Positions 1 to 13,564 of a stretch of DNA of 64,000 bases are shown here, in pieces (the first letter of the stretch is position 1; every line of letters begins with the position of its first letter). The position numbers were made by a program, and so were the translations under genes. Under the pieces are notes generated by a model. That model saw nothing but the letters and a program-made list of their open reading frames with translations. It ran no database searches and was not told the origin of the DNA. The stretch comes from Antechinus flavipes. Lineage: Eukaryota. Location of the stretch: contig NC_067400.1 of the NCBI RefSeq assembly GCF_016432865.1, positions 522,536,001 to 522,600,000 on the forward strand. Direction: 5' to 3'.

Positions 1-1111
1 TAGTTTTGCTTGTACAAAGGCTTTTAAATTTGATATAACCAAAATTTTCTATTTTGTGATCAGTAATGGTCTTTAATTCATCTTTGGTCACAAATTTCTT
101 TCTCCTCCACAAGTCTGAGAGATAAACTATCCTATGTTCCTCTAATTTATTTATAATCTCGTTCTTTATGCCTAAATCATGGATCCATTTTGATCTTATC
201 TTGGTATACAATGTTAAGTGTGGGTCCATGCCTAATTTCTGCCATACTAATTTCCAGTTATCCCAGCAGTTTTTTATCAAATAATGAATTCCCAAAAGTT
301 AGGATCTTGGAGTTTGTCAAACACTAGATTGCTATAGTTGACTATTTTGTCTTGTGAACCTAACCTATTCCACTGATCAACTAATCTATTTCTTAGCCAA
401 TACCAAATGGTTTTGGTGACTGCTGCTTTATAATATAGTTTGAGATCAGATACTGCTAGGCCACATTCATTTGATTTTTTTTTTCATTAATTCCATTGAG
501 ATTCTCGACCTTTTATTTTTCCATAAGAATTTTGTTGTTATTTTTTCTAGATCATTAAAATATTTTCTTGGAAGTCTGATTGGTATAGCGCTAAATAAAT
601 AGATTCGTTTAGGGAGTATTGTCATCTTTATTATATTCGCTTGGCCTATCCAAGAGCACTTAGTATTTTTTCAATTATTTAAGTCTGACTTTATTTATGT
701 GGAAAGTTTTTTGTAATTTTGCTCATATAATTCCTGACTTTCCTTTGGTAGTTAGATTCCCAAATATTTTATGCTGTCGACAGTTATTTTGAATGGAATT
801 TCTCTTTGTATCTCTTGCTGTTGGATTTTGTTGGTGATGTATAAAAATGCTGAGGATTTATGGGGACTTATTTTGTAACCTGCTACTTTGCTAAAGTTAT
901 GAATTATTTCTAATAGCTTTTTAGTAGAATCTCTGGGGTTCTCTAGGTATACCATCATATCATCTGCAAAGAGTGATAGTTTGGTTTCCTCATTGCCTAC
1001 TCTAATTCCTTTAATCTCTTTCTTGACTCTTATTGCAGAGGCTAGTGTTTCTAATACAATATTGAATAATAATGGTGATAGTGGGCAACCTTGCTTCACT
1101 TCAGATCTTAC
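1..1111 (-). mobile_element. LINE-1 ORF2 (reverse transcriptase region), 5'-truncated near 1111 and continuing off the left edge
   Basis: Minus-strand ORF 752-1099 reads [16 protein letters not shown]...[15 protein letters not shown], the L1 RT motifs. L1-like sequence stops abruptly after gatctta at about 1110. Confidence 0.95.
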
Positions 1112-1394
1112 TCAACCAGAAGTTATGAAGAAGGTATTCAGAAAGTAAAGTCAGCATATCAGGCCAAATGTAGTACTCTGAGCAACTCAACTAAGAACAG
1201 GTTCCAGTCCATTTATTAAGTGGTATATCTGACAAGCCAAAGGGAAAGGAGGTATGTGTTTGTGTGTGTGTGTATACCTATTATATATGCTTACATGTAT
1301 ATTTTATACACATATATAAGATGCATTTATTTTCTGTATATCTATATCTAATCGTAGGTAGGTAAGTAGGTAGGTAGGTAGATCAATCGATCCA

Positions 1395-1520
1395 TTGATA
1401 GAGTACTACTCAGTCAGGAAGACCTCAATTCAACTCTGACTTTAGATATTTATTAGCTACATGACCTTAGACAAGTCATTTCACCTGTTTCCCTCAGTTT
1501 CCTCATTTGTAAAATTTAGC
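1395..1520 (+). mobile_element. Core-SINE (MIR/Mar-type) fragment
   Basis: Core motif tgaccttagacaagtcatttcacc...cctcagtttcctcatttgtaaaat. Confidence 0.7.
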
Positions 1521-2174
1521 TGTGATAAATACAATGATCATAATGAGAGACACTCATTAGAAGGAACTAGTGAATTATTTAGGCCTAGAAAACGTAAATG
1601 TTCTTATAATGGAACTTGAATGAGTTAGAAAGGAAGGCTATGTTAGAACTAAAAAACACTTGATCAAGAAATTATTTACATACCCTATGTATTTGAAGAT
1701 AGATTCAAGTATCCAAATTCTTTGGCTCTCAACAAACTCCTAGATCTCCCTAATTTTATGTCCTACTTTTCAGTAGCCTTTGCTTACAAGAAAAACTAGT
1801 ACCTTCTTAGGAGTTTGGGCAGTGCTGCCTTTCCCTTTCCAATTTAGCTGCCCTGCTTCCCCAATTGCCAAATCAAGAACTGAAGATTGATTATTGTTAT
1901 TAACTTTGTTGTTTATAAACAGCTTTTTAGGGAAAATGATATATAATATAATCTGAAGGAATAATAATGTAGTTCTGCTGTGCTTTTTCTGTATGTTCTG
2001 TTGTTTTTTTTTTTTTTAATTGTGCCTTTATTTTAAGAGGGAAATGGTGATATGAATTCACTTGATAGTCTGTCTTACCCTTCCTTCCTTCCTGAATGTC
2101 CTTGGCTCATGTTCTTACTGCTGATTTAGATACTGCTGAGCACAGCAGCCACTTCTGCTGGTATTGACTTCAGA

Positions 2175-2207
2175 GTGTGTGTGTGTGTGTGTGCGTGTGT
2201 GTGTGTG
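2175..2207. repeat. (TG)n microsatellite
   Basis: Direct reading of the GT dinucleotide run, with one interruption. Confidence 0.95.
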
Positions 2208-2754
2208 TTTGCTTAAAATAAGAACAGTCTAATCCCCACTTTCAAAAACATTATTCAGCAGGTTTTTTATTTTGAAAATCTGAATATCTAAGACAAGTAC
2301 AATGTGGTTGGTAAACCAAATACAATATGGACTGTCAGCTATTTATCAAATGTCCCAAATTGTCCACTAGTATTCTGTATAAAGACAATGAAATGAGAGC
2401 ATTCATTTAGGAAATCTCTCTTAGGAAATATTTTACCTTCTCAAAACTAAGGAGGAACATGCTGAGAAAACAGATTTCAAATTCTCTCAGAGTCATCATC
2501 CAGAAAATTACCCTCACAATATGGAACTATGGTGCTGTGTCCACCTTCACTGACCCCACCCCTAGAAGCTAGCTTTAACAGTATCACCAGTATGTATTTT
2601 ACTCCTTTTAGGGCAATCTGCATTGTTTGTGTCACATATGGCTTATTTATGCCTTTCTGCTATTGTTCTTCTTGCCTGAAATGCCCTCTGCCATCTAAAT
2701 ATCTGTCTCTGGTAAACCCATAATATTTCCAGAGCAAAATAAATATCTATTCAG

Positions 2755-3240
2755 GTTTTTGGGAAAGGGCAGTCATCAGTGCAATCCAAACTAGTTATAT
2801 TCCTTAAATCCAAATCACTCTGGCTCTCATTGATTGGCCAGCAATAGATCTTAGGCCTAGTCAGTCCCAATTGCATTTCTGTTTTGTCCACAAATTCTAA
2901 TGATCTTCCTTTCCCAGATTGACCTCCCCTCCCCACAAAAAAAAAAAAAAGAGGCCAATCTCTGCCTCATTTCTTAACTAACCCTAATCATTTATTGGAT
3001 ACTCTTTCAGTCTAAGGGAGACCTTTTGAAGATCTTAGCTTAAAGAGGCCAAGGTCTCCCACTGCATACAGGGCCATCTCTTGTCTACCTGTTCTATATC
3101 CAGATGGCTCTGGAGGGGAAAGTGAGGCTGGTTGACTCTGCACAGCACTCCTTCACTTAAATCTACTTCACTTGCATGACATGGCATCACTAGTTCACTT
3201 GCATGTCACGGTCCTTTTTGAGAATGAAAGACAAGCAACA
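2755..3240 (-). mobile_element. Marsupial WallSI-type (RTE-associated) SINE, antisense
   Basis: Its reverse complement at 3040-3240 (gttg..tgtctttcattctcaaaaaggacc...aagtgaa...ccatctgg...gagatggccc) aligns by eye with the + strand copy at 16681-16893. The family name is from memory and the left boundary is approximate. Confidence 0.6.
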
Positions 3241-5074
3241 ATCTCTTCTTTAAGGACACTTGAAATTCTGCCTTTTTCACAGAAACTTTGCCTCTGTCTC
3301 TATTCAGGATTCATTTCTTTCCTTTCTTACTAATTGAATCACATATTTTCTGATTCATATGGTACACAACTTTACTACATTTAACTTTCTATTAGATAAA
3401 TACTCTTTTGCCTAGTTTTCTAATTATTGATGGGGACTTTGTGTTTGAATATTGTCTCCTCACAAAATTATAAATTCTTTTAAGGCATAGGCTCTGTCTT
3501 CTAACAGTTAGAATATTAGAGCTGGAAGCAGCCTATCCTTCAGCATTGCAGATTCGAAAACTGAGGCTCAGAGAAATGACATGGCTTGCCCTAGCTAGTA
3601 GAACAGTAGAGCTCCCACAAAGGAGATGTTTGATTCCAAGTTGATGCCGAAAAATTGATAAAGTATTTCTTATGTTATAGGAGAGATGATAATGGGAGTA
3701 GCATCTTAGATTTCAGGTCCTGTCTCTGCCACTTACTTACTTAGCTCTGTGACCCTAAGTGATCTGTCCCCTTCTTTGACAGGTTTTTCACATTTAGCTA
3801 AAGGGTATTGTGTCTAGGGAGCTGGCACTCCCAGACCCTGGTTCAGTTCTTCATTATACCAGATTTGCAGGTCTATACTACTATGGCAAAGGGTCTGTGG
3901 CATAGTTAATGCTATATAATTACAAATCATAAGGTATGCTAATCTTTTAAGATCCAAAGTTGTGGAGGTAGGGGGTTAGGGATCAAAAGCATAAGAAGGC
4001 TGCAGCACGTTGTAAATGGATGGCTCGTATGTGAGAAGTCTTATGAAATACAGTTATGGCTGAAAAAGAAGGATGAAAGGTCAGAAAGGACCTAGATAGA
4101 AAGGCAAGAATGAAGAATAATCAGATGGATTGCACATTAATATGCTGCACTTCTGCCCCTGAAGTAACAGTACAACAAGAAGACTTTCATTAAGGAGTAA
4201 ATCCTTTACATAGGATGTATGAAAAACCATGGACAAGAAGAGAGAATATACTCTGTCCTGAGTGCTCCCACCATTGATTTCATAGGTGGGTCAGGATAGA
4301 AGTATAAAGTTCTAGAAACTGAGAATTTGTCTTGACTAATTGACAAAAGTCATGTGACTTAGAGGTTAGAAATTGGAAAGCATATTTCCTTCAAGTTTTC
4401 TTGTGAAAGATAAATTGGTTGTACCAGATATTGGAATTGAGGTGGAGTGGGGTGGGGTGGGATATGGAGAGACCTTTTAAGAGCAAAATTGCAAAAGCTG
4501 ATTCAAAGCAAATTTGTGGAAACCTGATCTGAAACGTACATTTGCTGCTTGCACTTTGAGAGGACAGAAAAACTTTGTCATGCAGTCCCTCATGTATTCA
4601 CCTCATGAATTATTTCTTAGAACCCCTGCCTCTGTAGGTTTACTCGCTGCCATCTCCTTCCTCTGCTGCTGCCCCAGCATCTTCTTAGCTCTTGGATCCT
4701 CTGACTAACCTGTAGTTCTTAATCCAAGTCTCATCATAGCTCAACATAATGAATTGTTGTACTAGGGGTTAGGACATTTGGATTCAAATCTTAGCTCAGT
4801 CATTCGGTAGTTGTGTGAACCTGTCGAGTGTGGTGGAAAGAACACTGAATTTGGTGTCTCAACATTAGGATTTGAATCTTGAATTTGCTCCTTATTGATT
4901 ATATTGATTGTGTAATCTTGAATCACCTTTACTTAGCTCCTGTAGATCTCATTTATAAATGGAATTTTGTTCTAGATACTAAGTTCTAACACCTTTGCAT
5001 TATCATTTTACCTCTAAGATGCTTGGATTCTCATCTATAGAATGGGGATAATAATATTTGTATTAACCTTTTGC

Positions 5075-5610
5075 CAAATTGATATTGCTAACACACAAAC
5101 CTACCACATCACCCTCCTATTCAAAAATCTTCAATACTTTCTGCTAAGTTATAGGATTAAAATAAAAACACCTCAATCTAGTATATTTATTTGGACCTCT
5201 TCATATTCCTGGTTTCAATTTACCTTTCCTGGTAGCTTTTTTTGAGAAGCACTTTGTGTTCCAGTTAGGTTTTCTCTTTGCCCTATACACAGTATTCCTT
5301 GTCCTATCATCAGCCTTTATATCATGGCTTTATGCACCTTAAATATCTTTCATTTCTTTCATCTTCTAGAATCGCTGACTTTCTTTAAAGCATGGCTCAA
5401 GAGACTCCTAGAAGAAGCCTTCCTGATTCTCCCAGTTACCAGCACTATCTCCCTTGTGAAGTTACTTTGTATAATTAATGTAACATTCTTCTATATTTCT
5501 CCTATACCCTGTTCCTCTTCATATACAACTTAAAGGAAAGTTGGATATGAGACTTGCTTTCTTTTTATCTTTGTGTCCCCATTGCCTTGCACATAAAATG
5601 CTTGTTAAAT
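5075..5610 (+). mobile_element. L2 3' region
   Basis: L2-typical motifs (catcaccctcctattcaaaaatcttcaat, gaagccttcctgattctccc) and the terminal ttgcacataaaatgcttgttaaat. Confidence 0.7.
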
Positions 5611-5908
5611 TAGGCAAACAAGACTTTTGATGAATATGGCTCTCACTACTATTTCTATTCCAGCCACATTGTGTACCTGAAATCTACTATAGTTTTTTTT
5701 TCAAATTGCTTAAGTAAAAGTCTATAAATTACCAAAATTACAAATAAATATAAAACACAAATAGACATTTATTTAAGATTTAATACCACAGAACACTATA
5801 ATAGTGCTTGAAGAGGCAAAATTTAAATAAGATACAAACCACTAATATTTAAATAGTACTTAACTATGTTCTAGGCACTATACTAAGTATTCTACAGATA
5901 AGTATCTC

Positions 5909-6090
5909 ATTGTTACTCAGTCATTTCAATTGTGTTTGACTCTTTGGGACTCCATTTGGGGCTTCCTTGGCAGAGAAAGTGGAGTGGTCTGTCATTTATT
6001 TCTCCAGCCCATTTTATAGATAAGGAAATTGAGGCAAAAAAGGTGAAGTGACTTGCCCAGGATCACACAGCTAATAAGTTTCTGAGGCCT
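5909..6090 (-). mobile_element. Mar1 core-SINE
   Basis: BovB-like tail (cagtcatttcaattgtgtttgactctttgggactccatttgggg) joined to the core (gaggaaattgaggc...gtgacttgcccaggatcacacagcta). Confidence 0.8.
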
Positions 6091-6688
6091 TATCCTTCAG
6101 ATACTCAGAGCAACCTTGGGAGATAGGTGTTATTATCCCCATTTTGCAAATGAGGAAATAGAGATATGCCAAAGATCACACTGTGAGTAAATGAGGCCTG
6201 TTTTGAAGACAGAAAGGTCTTCCTGACTACAGGCCCAGCATTCTAACCATTCTAACTGTGATGACTAGCTGCCTGATAGTACATTTTCTTATTCATAACA
6301 GTATGTTCAGAAAGATTTCATTTTCTTTTATGTTGAAGGCTTTCCTTCATTTCTTTTCCATAAAGAACGGATAAGGTGAGGTACCCTTAGTTCCAATTTT
6401 AGCAGTGCCTCCACCCATGTAAGGAAGTTCCTAATTGTCAACACAAACCATATTGTTACCCAAATATAATAGAAACTTTCAGATTCATAATGCTAAAAAA
6501 ATTTCCAGTATTTAAATACTTTGTTGGAGGAAAGTTCACAAACAGTTTGCACAATAGGTCATATTTAAATGGCTTAGAAGACAAATGCTGGGGGAATTAT
6601 TAATCTTAACTGAGGCTCTCATCATTGTTCTCAATTTTGGAGCACCCTCTCCGTGGAAATGGTAATAGAGGAGGCCTGATTCAGTCTT

Positions 6689-7735
6689 TTTTTTTCTTTT
6701 GTTTTTTTTTTTTTAATTAAAGGTTTTTATTTTTCAAAACATATACATGGACAATCCTTTAACATTAGCTTTTACAAAATCTTGTGTTCCCATTTTCCTT
6801 CATTTCCCCCTGCCCTTCTCTAGATGGCAAGTAGTCCAATATATGTTAAACATGGTAGAAATATATGTTAAATCCAATATGTGCATACATATTTATATTA
6901 TTTTTGCGCTACACAAGAAAAATCAGATCAAACCAGTAAAAAAAAAAAAACAGAATAAAATGCAAGCAAGCAACAACAAAAAAAGTGAAAATTGTATGTT
7001 GTGAACCATATTCAGTTCCCACAGTCCTCTCTCTGGGTATAGATGGCTCTCTTCATCACTGAACAATTAGAACTGGTTTGAATCATCTCATTGTTGAAAA
7101 GAGCCACGTCCATCATAATTGAGCATCATATAATTTTGTTATTGCCTTGTATAGTGATCTCCTGATTCTGCTCATTTCACTTAGCATCAGTTCATGCAAG
7201 TCTCTCCAGGCCTCTCTGAAATCATCCTGCTGATTATTTCTTACAGAAAAATAATATACCATAACATTCATGTACCATAATTTTATTCAGCCATTCTCCA
7301 ACTGATGGGCATTCATTCAGTTTCCAATTTCTTGCCACTACAAAAAGGACTGCCACAAACATTTTTGCACATGTGGGTCCCTTTCCCTCTTTTAAGATCT
7401 CTTTGGAATATACTCCCAGCAGAAACACTGCTAGGTCAAAGGGTATGCACACTTTGATAACTTTTTGAGCATAGTTCCAAATTGCTCTCCAGAATGTTTG
7501 GATCCGTTCGCAATTCCACCAACAATGTATCAGTGTTCCAGTTTTCCCACATCCCCTCCATCATTCATCATTATCTTTTCCTGTCATTTTAGCCAATCTG
7601 ACAGGTGTGTAGTGATATCTCAGAGCTGTCTTAATTTGCATTTTTCTGATCAGTAGTGATTAGGAGCACCTTTTCATATAACTAGAAATAGTTTCAATTT
7701 TTCATCTGAAAATTGTTCATATTCTTTGACCATTT
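6689..7735 (-). mobile_element. 5'-truncated L1 (ORF2 C-terminus, 3'UTR, polyA) with 13-bp TSD
   Basis: Poly-T at the left end. ORF 7234-7452 is the L1 ORF2 C-terminus (MCIPFDLAVFLLGVYSKE...WKLNECPSVGEW). TSD CTGATTCAGTCTT at 6676-6688 and 7736-7748. Confidence 0.95.
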
Positions 7736-7974
7736 CTGATTCAGTCTTGACAGAACCAAGGACACATGGCTTTTCCCTCACTTGGGAACTTTGAAGTTGG
7801 CAATTCTGGAGTCTTAAATATTAGCTGAAGCTGCTGCCATTCCAGGACAGTAATCTACCACAAGCGGATAATTCCTTTCTGCCTTCTTCCAACTAGATTC
7901 CTTGCTTCTATTGGTTAGTGAGGAGATATACAAAAAGATGCTGCTATTTGAAAGCTGTCTTGTTCTGCTTGACC

Positions 7975-8065
7975 CTGAAAATGAAGACTAGGATCAATAG
8001 GAGTAAATTACAGGGAGGGAGATTTTAGCCTAATATAAAAATATACTTCCTAACAATTTGTATTA
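7975..8065 (+). mobile_element. L3/CR1 3' fragment
   Basis: gactaggatcaataggagtaaattacagggagggagattttagcctaatataaaaat..ttcctaacaatt matches the recalled L3 3' consensus. Confidence 0.55.
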
Positions 8066-8589
8066 TTAAGCAGGATCTGGTGGCCACTTGTTAGATCCAT
8101 GATTTGGAAATGAATTGGACTACTTAACCTCTCCCAGGCCCAAGAACCCTTTCAACTCTGCATTTTAGGTCATTGTTCAAGTCTGTTTTGGTAGAAATAG
8201 AAACATAACTGTCAGGTTTTTTGGACAGGATCCTCACCCTGCCAGATAATGTGATAATTACCTTGAGCCTTACCCTGACATAAGAACCAGAAACCACATA
8301 CCTTTAACTATTCCTCTATTTTCAAGATATATTTGCAAAACTCCAAATGCATCCATGCATAAGACTAGCTTGACAGAGAGGCAAATGGGTAGTAGGTCCC
8401 CTTAGCTCATATTTATTGATCACACACTAGATGAGTTAGAAATGAAGGTTAAATACACAAGCACACTGACAGATAAAGTCTAAATTTAGGAACATTGGAA
8501 CAAGTTATAGGGGAACAATGTGGCTACTTATACTGAAACTTTTTCTTAGAACAAGAGCTGTACAAAAGAACAAGCTGCTTTGGAAGCTA

Positions 8590-9060
8590 ATGAGTTCAAT
8601 CTCACCTAGCATTCATTAAAGTTTTAGTATGTGCCAGGCATTATACTAAGTTCTAAGTATACAAAGAAGGGCAGAAATGTCCTTGATCTCAGGGTGCCTA
8701 CATTGTAATGGGAGAACCAGGAAAGGTTTTCTGGCCTTGGAGTTGAATAAGCCCAGCAAAAGTAGGAATTAGCAGCAAGGGATACAGCTCCTGCAACTAC
8801 CATTTATATAACACTTACCACTTGCCAGGCACTATGTAAAGCACTTCAGAGTTATTCTCATTCTCACCAAAATGAGAGTCAGAAGATAAAGGTAGGGCAA
8901 TATAGGTGGGAGGGAGGAGAAGGAAGGAAATGGGAAGAGAAGGGAGTAAAGTAAAACAAGGCTAGTTAGGTAGGAAAAGGAAAGGTTATAAAGGCCTTTC
9001 AGTGCCAGACTGAGAATATTAGGGGACAAAATGTCAGGACTATGGTAAAAAAGATGTTTG
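8590..9060 (-). mobile_element. L2 fragments
   Basis: L2 3'-end motif cattcattaaagttttagtatgtgccaggcattatactaag, followed by purine-rich antisense L2. Confidence 0.55.
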
Positions 9061-10754
9061 CTTGGGATGTAAATGGTGAACCGTTTGGACCAGAAAATCC
9101 TTGGATTCTTTCCAGGTCTAAAAATAAAATTCTAAAGCCAAAGATCTCATTCCTTTCTTGAACAAGAATAAAATTCATGCACAAATTCTTGACTGTGATG
9201 GACAGGCGAGAAAGTGCTGATATGTTGAATGAGAACAGAAATTCACTGTTATCAGAATACAGTAAAAAGTCATATATTTCATGATCACCGAAGTAGAAAA
9301 TGCTTCAAAGAAGTTTACCTAATAAAACATTTTCTATTAAATCTGTTGTATTAGGAGAACTCTTATGTTCCTTGGAATTTGTAATAATGAGGAAAATTTT
9401 AATATATCAAGAATTGGAAAAAATAAAATTATCTATTGTCACTTTACTTTTGTTATAATTTCACAGATGATTCTGAAAAACAGCCTAGGTAGACAGTAGC
9501 TGCCTTGTTCCTTTCCAGGAAGGATATGGATTTTGTGGTTATGCAGTTTGGCTGATGTCTCTCAAGTTTCCTTAATGTACATTGAAAAGTAATTGTCTTC
9601 TTTTTGAAGAATGAGCAACTTTATCTATGTAACATTATCCTTAAAACTCCAAATTAGATTGTACTAAGATAAACCAAAATTGTTAAGATGAAGCTGATGC
9701 TGAATGCAAAATTTTGCAAAACTAAATCTTGAAATAGATTAGAATCTCTTTGCAAAGATTGGTATTGAACATCAGGACTACTATCTTAGATTTGTGTGTG
9801 TACTTGTTTCGGGGAATAGAACTTTACCTGTAGAATATACAAATCCATGTATTATAAGATAAATTTGAATGAGATTTTTACTCTTTTCTCTATGGATATG
9901 GGGGGAAAGAATAGGATTATTTAAAAAAAAAAAAACATGATACAGTGAAAGGAAGGTGAGTTAGAAGGCCCTGCATTCTGGTCTTAGCTTTGCCACAACT
10001 TATTTTGTGATCTTGGGCAAGTAGTTCAGCTATTTGACTTAGTTTGTCTATATGTAAAAATAAGCAAATTAAACTAGATGTAGATAGCTTCTAAGTTCAA
10101 AGCAATAAGCATTAATCCTACTATAAAGTCTTGTTCTTAGGCTTCATCATAAAAAGGAAGAGATACTGTGTTCTCAGAGGCTTTGGCAATAGAATATAAA
10201 CTTTAGAGTTTTCTACCTTGCTGGAAAAACCTGTAGTTACAGTCTTGGGGAATAAGATATATCTGCTTTCTGATGGCCAGCTAAGCACTGAAAGAATATT
10301 TTAACAGTAGACTAATAATAATTTAACTCTGTCCATATAACAGAAATTCAGAATGACCCTTCTTAGCACCAAAAATAACACACTCTAGATCATTGTCCAA
10401 TGACTAAGTAGACATACTACTAAAGGAACTTATATTGACATAATTGCCAGAAATGAAACCAAGAGACAGATGAAAGTTTTAAATAAATAGGAGGATAATT
10501 CACAGATTCTTCTTAGAGAAACAAAGAAGTTAGAATTGGGCTTTTTATAAAACAAGCAAGCAAAAAACACGTCATTTCAAAAGATTCTGGGTCACATGAT
10601 AAATAGGAGGAGGAAGCAGCATATAACCCATGAAGAATTGATATCATCAAGGTGATGTCAGTGTGTGACCAGAGAGAGTGGATTGGTCACAGAGTGAGAA
10701 TACCAATGGCCAGCCCATATTTTTCATTGGCATCTCTAAAATGTTAAGTGCTGT

Positions 10755-10905
10755 CTCTAGAGTTAGGGATGGAGACTAGATGTGTGATGTCATTAATATA
10801 GGGAACTCCAAGATGAGGTAGTACCCTCTGCCAGTGGAGGGTAGCACCTCTGCCTCGAGCACTGAGAGGCCACAACCATAGAGTTGCCCAGCTTAGCCAG
10901 CCAGT
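10755..10905 (+). mobile_element. Marsupial MIR3-derived core-SINE
   Basis: gtgtgatgtcattaatatagggaactccaagatgagg...gagcactgagagg; a related antisense copy lies near 34060-34140. Confidence 0.45.
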
Positions 10906-11514
10906 AGTGCTGAGCCCCCGAAGGACATGCAGAGACGCAGCAGAGATGTGTGAGGTTCCTGAAGAGTAAACATCTGTTGGCTGATCTGGAGTGCCCAGCT
11001 GCTGATAATAAGAACTATATACACCAACTGGAAATTCCTTGATATCAAATGGGAAATTCTGTGTTTCAGCTTTGACTTGTAATGACTAAAATGTGTCTAA
11101 TAGACTTGAAATTTAAACACAAAGTGAAATTTGTCTCTTCTACAGTTATTTAGTGAGTTAGAGACAATACAGCAAGTAAAAGCAAAGCCTCAGCTCTTAT
11201 TGGAATTCTTGCAAGAAAGGGCTTAAGAGACAATGCAGCTTTTGGATTGGGATCTTTCATTTGAAATCAGTTAAAAATTGGAAACCTTCCTTTGGAATGC
11301 TATTATAGTGAATCTCATTGTTTCAGAGCTGGGAGGTCTTTTGAAGACAAACACAAATACAAAACAAAACCAGGAAGCTTCTGTCTGTGAATCACAAAAT
11401 CAGGAAAAAATACAACTTGTCAGTAAACTCTTTGGTCTCAGATTGCACACAGGGCCTGCCCTCTCAAGCAGGATCTCTTAACACAGTTGTTGGTGTATGT
11501 GTGATTCACCTCAG

Positions 11515-11870
11515 TTCATTTCAATTCACCAGTATCTATTAAGATCAGAAATATAGTGGGCATAGTGCTAGGTGTAGGGTGTATAAAGACCAGATTGAGT
11601 CTCTTATTCTGGAAAAAATATCAATGTATATATAGAAATGAAATGCAAAATATATTCAAAGTATTTTCTTTAGAGAGGGCAAAGATCCACTATGAAGGTA
11701 GTTTAACAATAGAACTGGTATTCAAGAGAGCTCAGTGGGAGACCAAATTAAATAGACAGGATGCTGGAGGGATGGGTCTGACAAGGACAGATAAGGAAGG
11801 GAGCAGGAGAGAAAGCCATAAGGCAGTGGATTGTTGTATCTTTTGTGGTAGCAAGAACAGATTGATGTGA
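11515..11870 (-). mobile_element. L2 3' fragment
   Basis: tcatttcaattcaccagtatctattaag...gggcatagtgctaggt is the antisense L2 terminus. Confidence 0.55.
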
Positions 11871-13279
11871 TTTTCAATCCCTGGACAGGAGTTTGAAGCC
11901 AAGGGAGGACATACTTTGGCAGGACAGAGTTTGAGTCCCCAATCAAGGACTAGGGTCGGTGGAGTCCTGGAGCCTAGCTAGTTTAGAGGGATAAGGCATA
12001 GTTGAGGGGCTCCCTCTTCAATCCCCAGATAGATCATCTCTATCCCAGAAGTCCAGTGTCAAATAGTTGTTGCAGTTGACAAAGCAGGACTGGGCAACAG
12101 TTCCTAGACTAGGACTTAGCCTCTCCTATGCAGTGGGAAAAAAGTCACCCACATTGCCCAGGTCTGACCAACACAGTGGCATTCAACAGACCTTTACTTT
12201 AGTCACTTTGCCTCCACAGATCTTGGACTTTATTTTACTCTTAAGCACAGATGTTACTTCTGATACAAATTGGGATGTAGTATATGGTATTATTTTAAGG
12301 GATCTTCAGACAAGGAACTCCTGGCAAAGCACTTTCAAGGAACAACAACCAAAACAACTGACATTTATATAAAATAGTGGGTAGATAAGCATATTAGAAA
12401 CCCACCTTTGATGCATTATACAATATGGCACTTCATCTCACAGCAAGGCAACTGTAAGTAGTTGAGAAGATGCCAAGTGACATTGGCAGGGATGTTGAAT
12501 CTATAACTTTATGTGCTCTATAGAATATCTAAAAGTCTGTAAAAACAAAGATATGTGACTACCTACCAAGAATATCTGCATAAAACCTGCGCCTTGCCCA
12601 GGTAAGTTACGTGTATTCTTACTGGCAAGATCATGTACTTCACATAAAGAATATATCCAAAGGCAAAGCCTTTTATCTAAACACGACATCAGCAGTTTAC
12701 TATGGAAATATTATGTAACTGGATAAAATTCATATTTAATAATAAATTATGATTTTAGGGCTCTATTGTGCCATCTCATGGCACAGAAGAGCTTAACTTT
12801 TTTTTTTGCTTCAATTATTTAAAGATGGAACTTATGGAATTAAAATGTTGAATCTGGAGGGAACCATAGAGATTATCTGGTATGATTTTTTACTCTCATT
12901 TTAATAAGGAAGAAATTTAGGCTTAGAGGAGAATTGCTATAGGGAAAGATGGAAGACTGACCCCAAACTGATCTCCTGGTTATCAGATGTATGATTCAGG
13001 GCAAGTCTCTTCATTTTTAAAGTAGGGATGTTTAAAAATTAGCTTCCATATTTATAAGCTACAGATAGAGTGATTTTATAAAAGCGCTACATAAATGTCA
13101 GCTGTTATTATGTTATTATCATCAGTGACTTATTCAGAGTCACATGGTATGATGCAGTGGTGGGCCTCCAACTTCCTGGTCTCCTGGACCAAAGTTGCCT
13201 GATTCTTCATGGTAATACTGAAAGATTTCAAAGTTTTGTTGCAATCTCTTAGCTTTTGTTTTTCTTCTTCCTCATATAG

Positions 13280-13402
13280 GCCCTTGACGGGAATGTATAT
13301 GATCATCTGAAGGATTATTTAATAGCATTCAGCAGGACTGAGCTAGAGACATGCCAAGCTATACAGAATACATTCCAGTTTTTATTGGAAACCTCAAGCA
13401 GG
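13280..13402 (+). CDS. FCHSD2: FCHSD2 coding exon (probably exon 9), 123 nt, phase 0-0
   Basis: Pyrimidine tract and AG (tttcttcttcctcatatag), donor gtaagt. Translates ALDGNVYDHLKDYLIAFSRTELETCQAIQNTFQFLLETSSR, matching the recalled FCHSD2 F-BAR region. Confidence 0.95.
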
Positions 13403-13564
13403 GTAAGTGTGAACCCAGTTATCTAATACAATAGCCCTTAAGCAGGTAGAATGTTATAGCCTTACTTATTCTAAAATGAAATAAACCAACTAGAGCAAAG
13501 TGCCTTCTCTAAAACAAGTCTGGGAGCACTGGCTTTTCGATGAGTTCTGTCTTCTCTATGCTAT

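Noticed and set aside
4441-4467. G-rich tract ggtggagtggggtggggtggg
   Set aside because: Only three runs of three or more G, so not a canonical quadruplex, and it is not near an exon.
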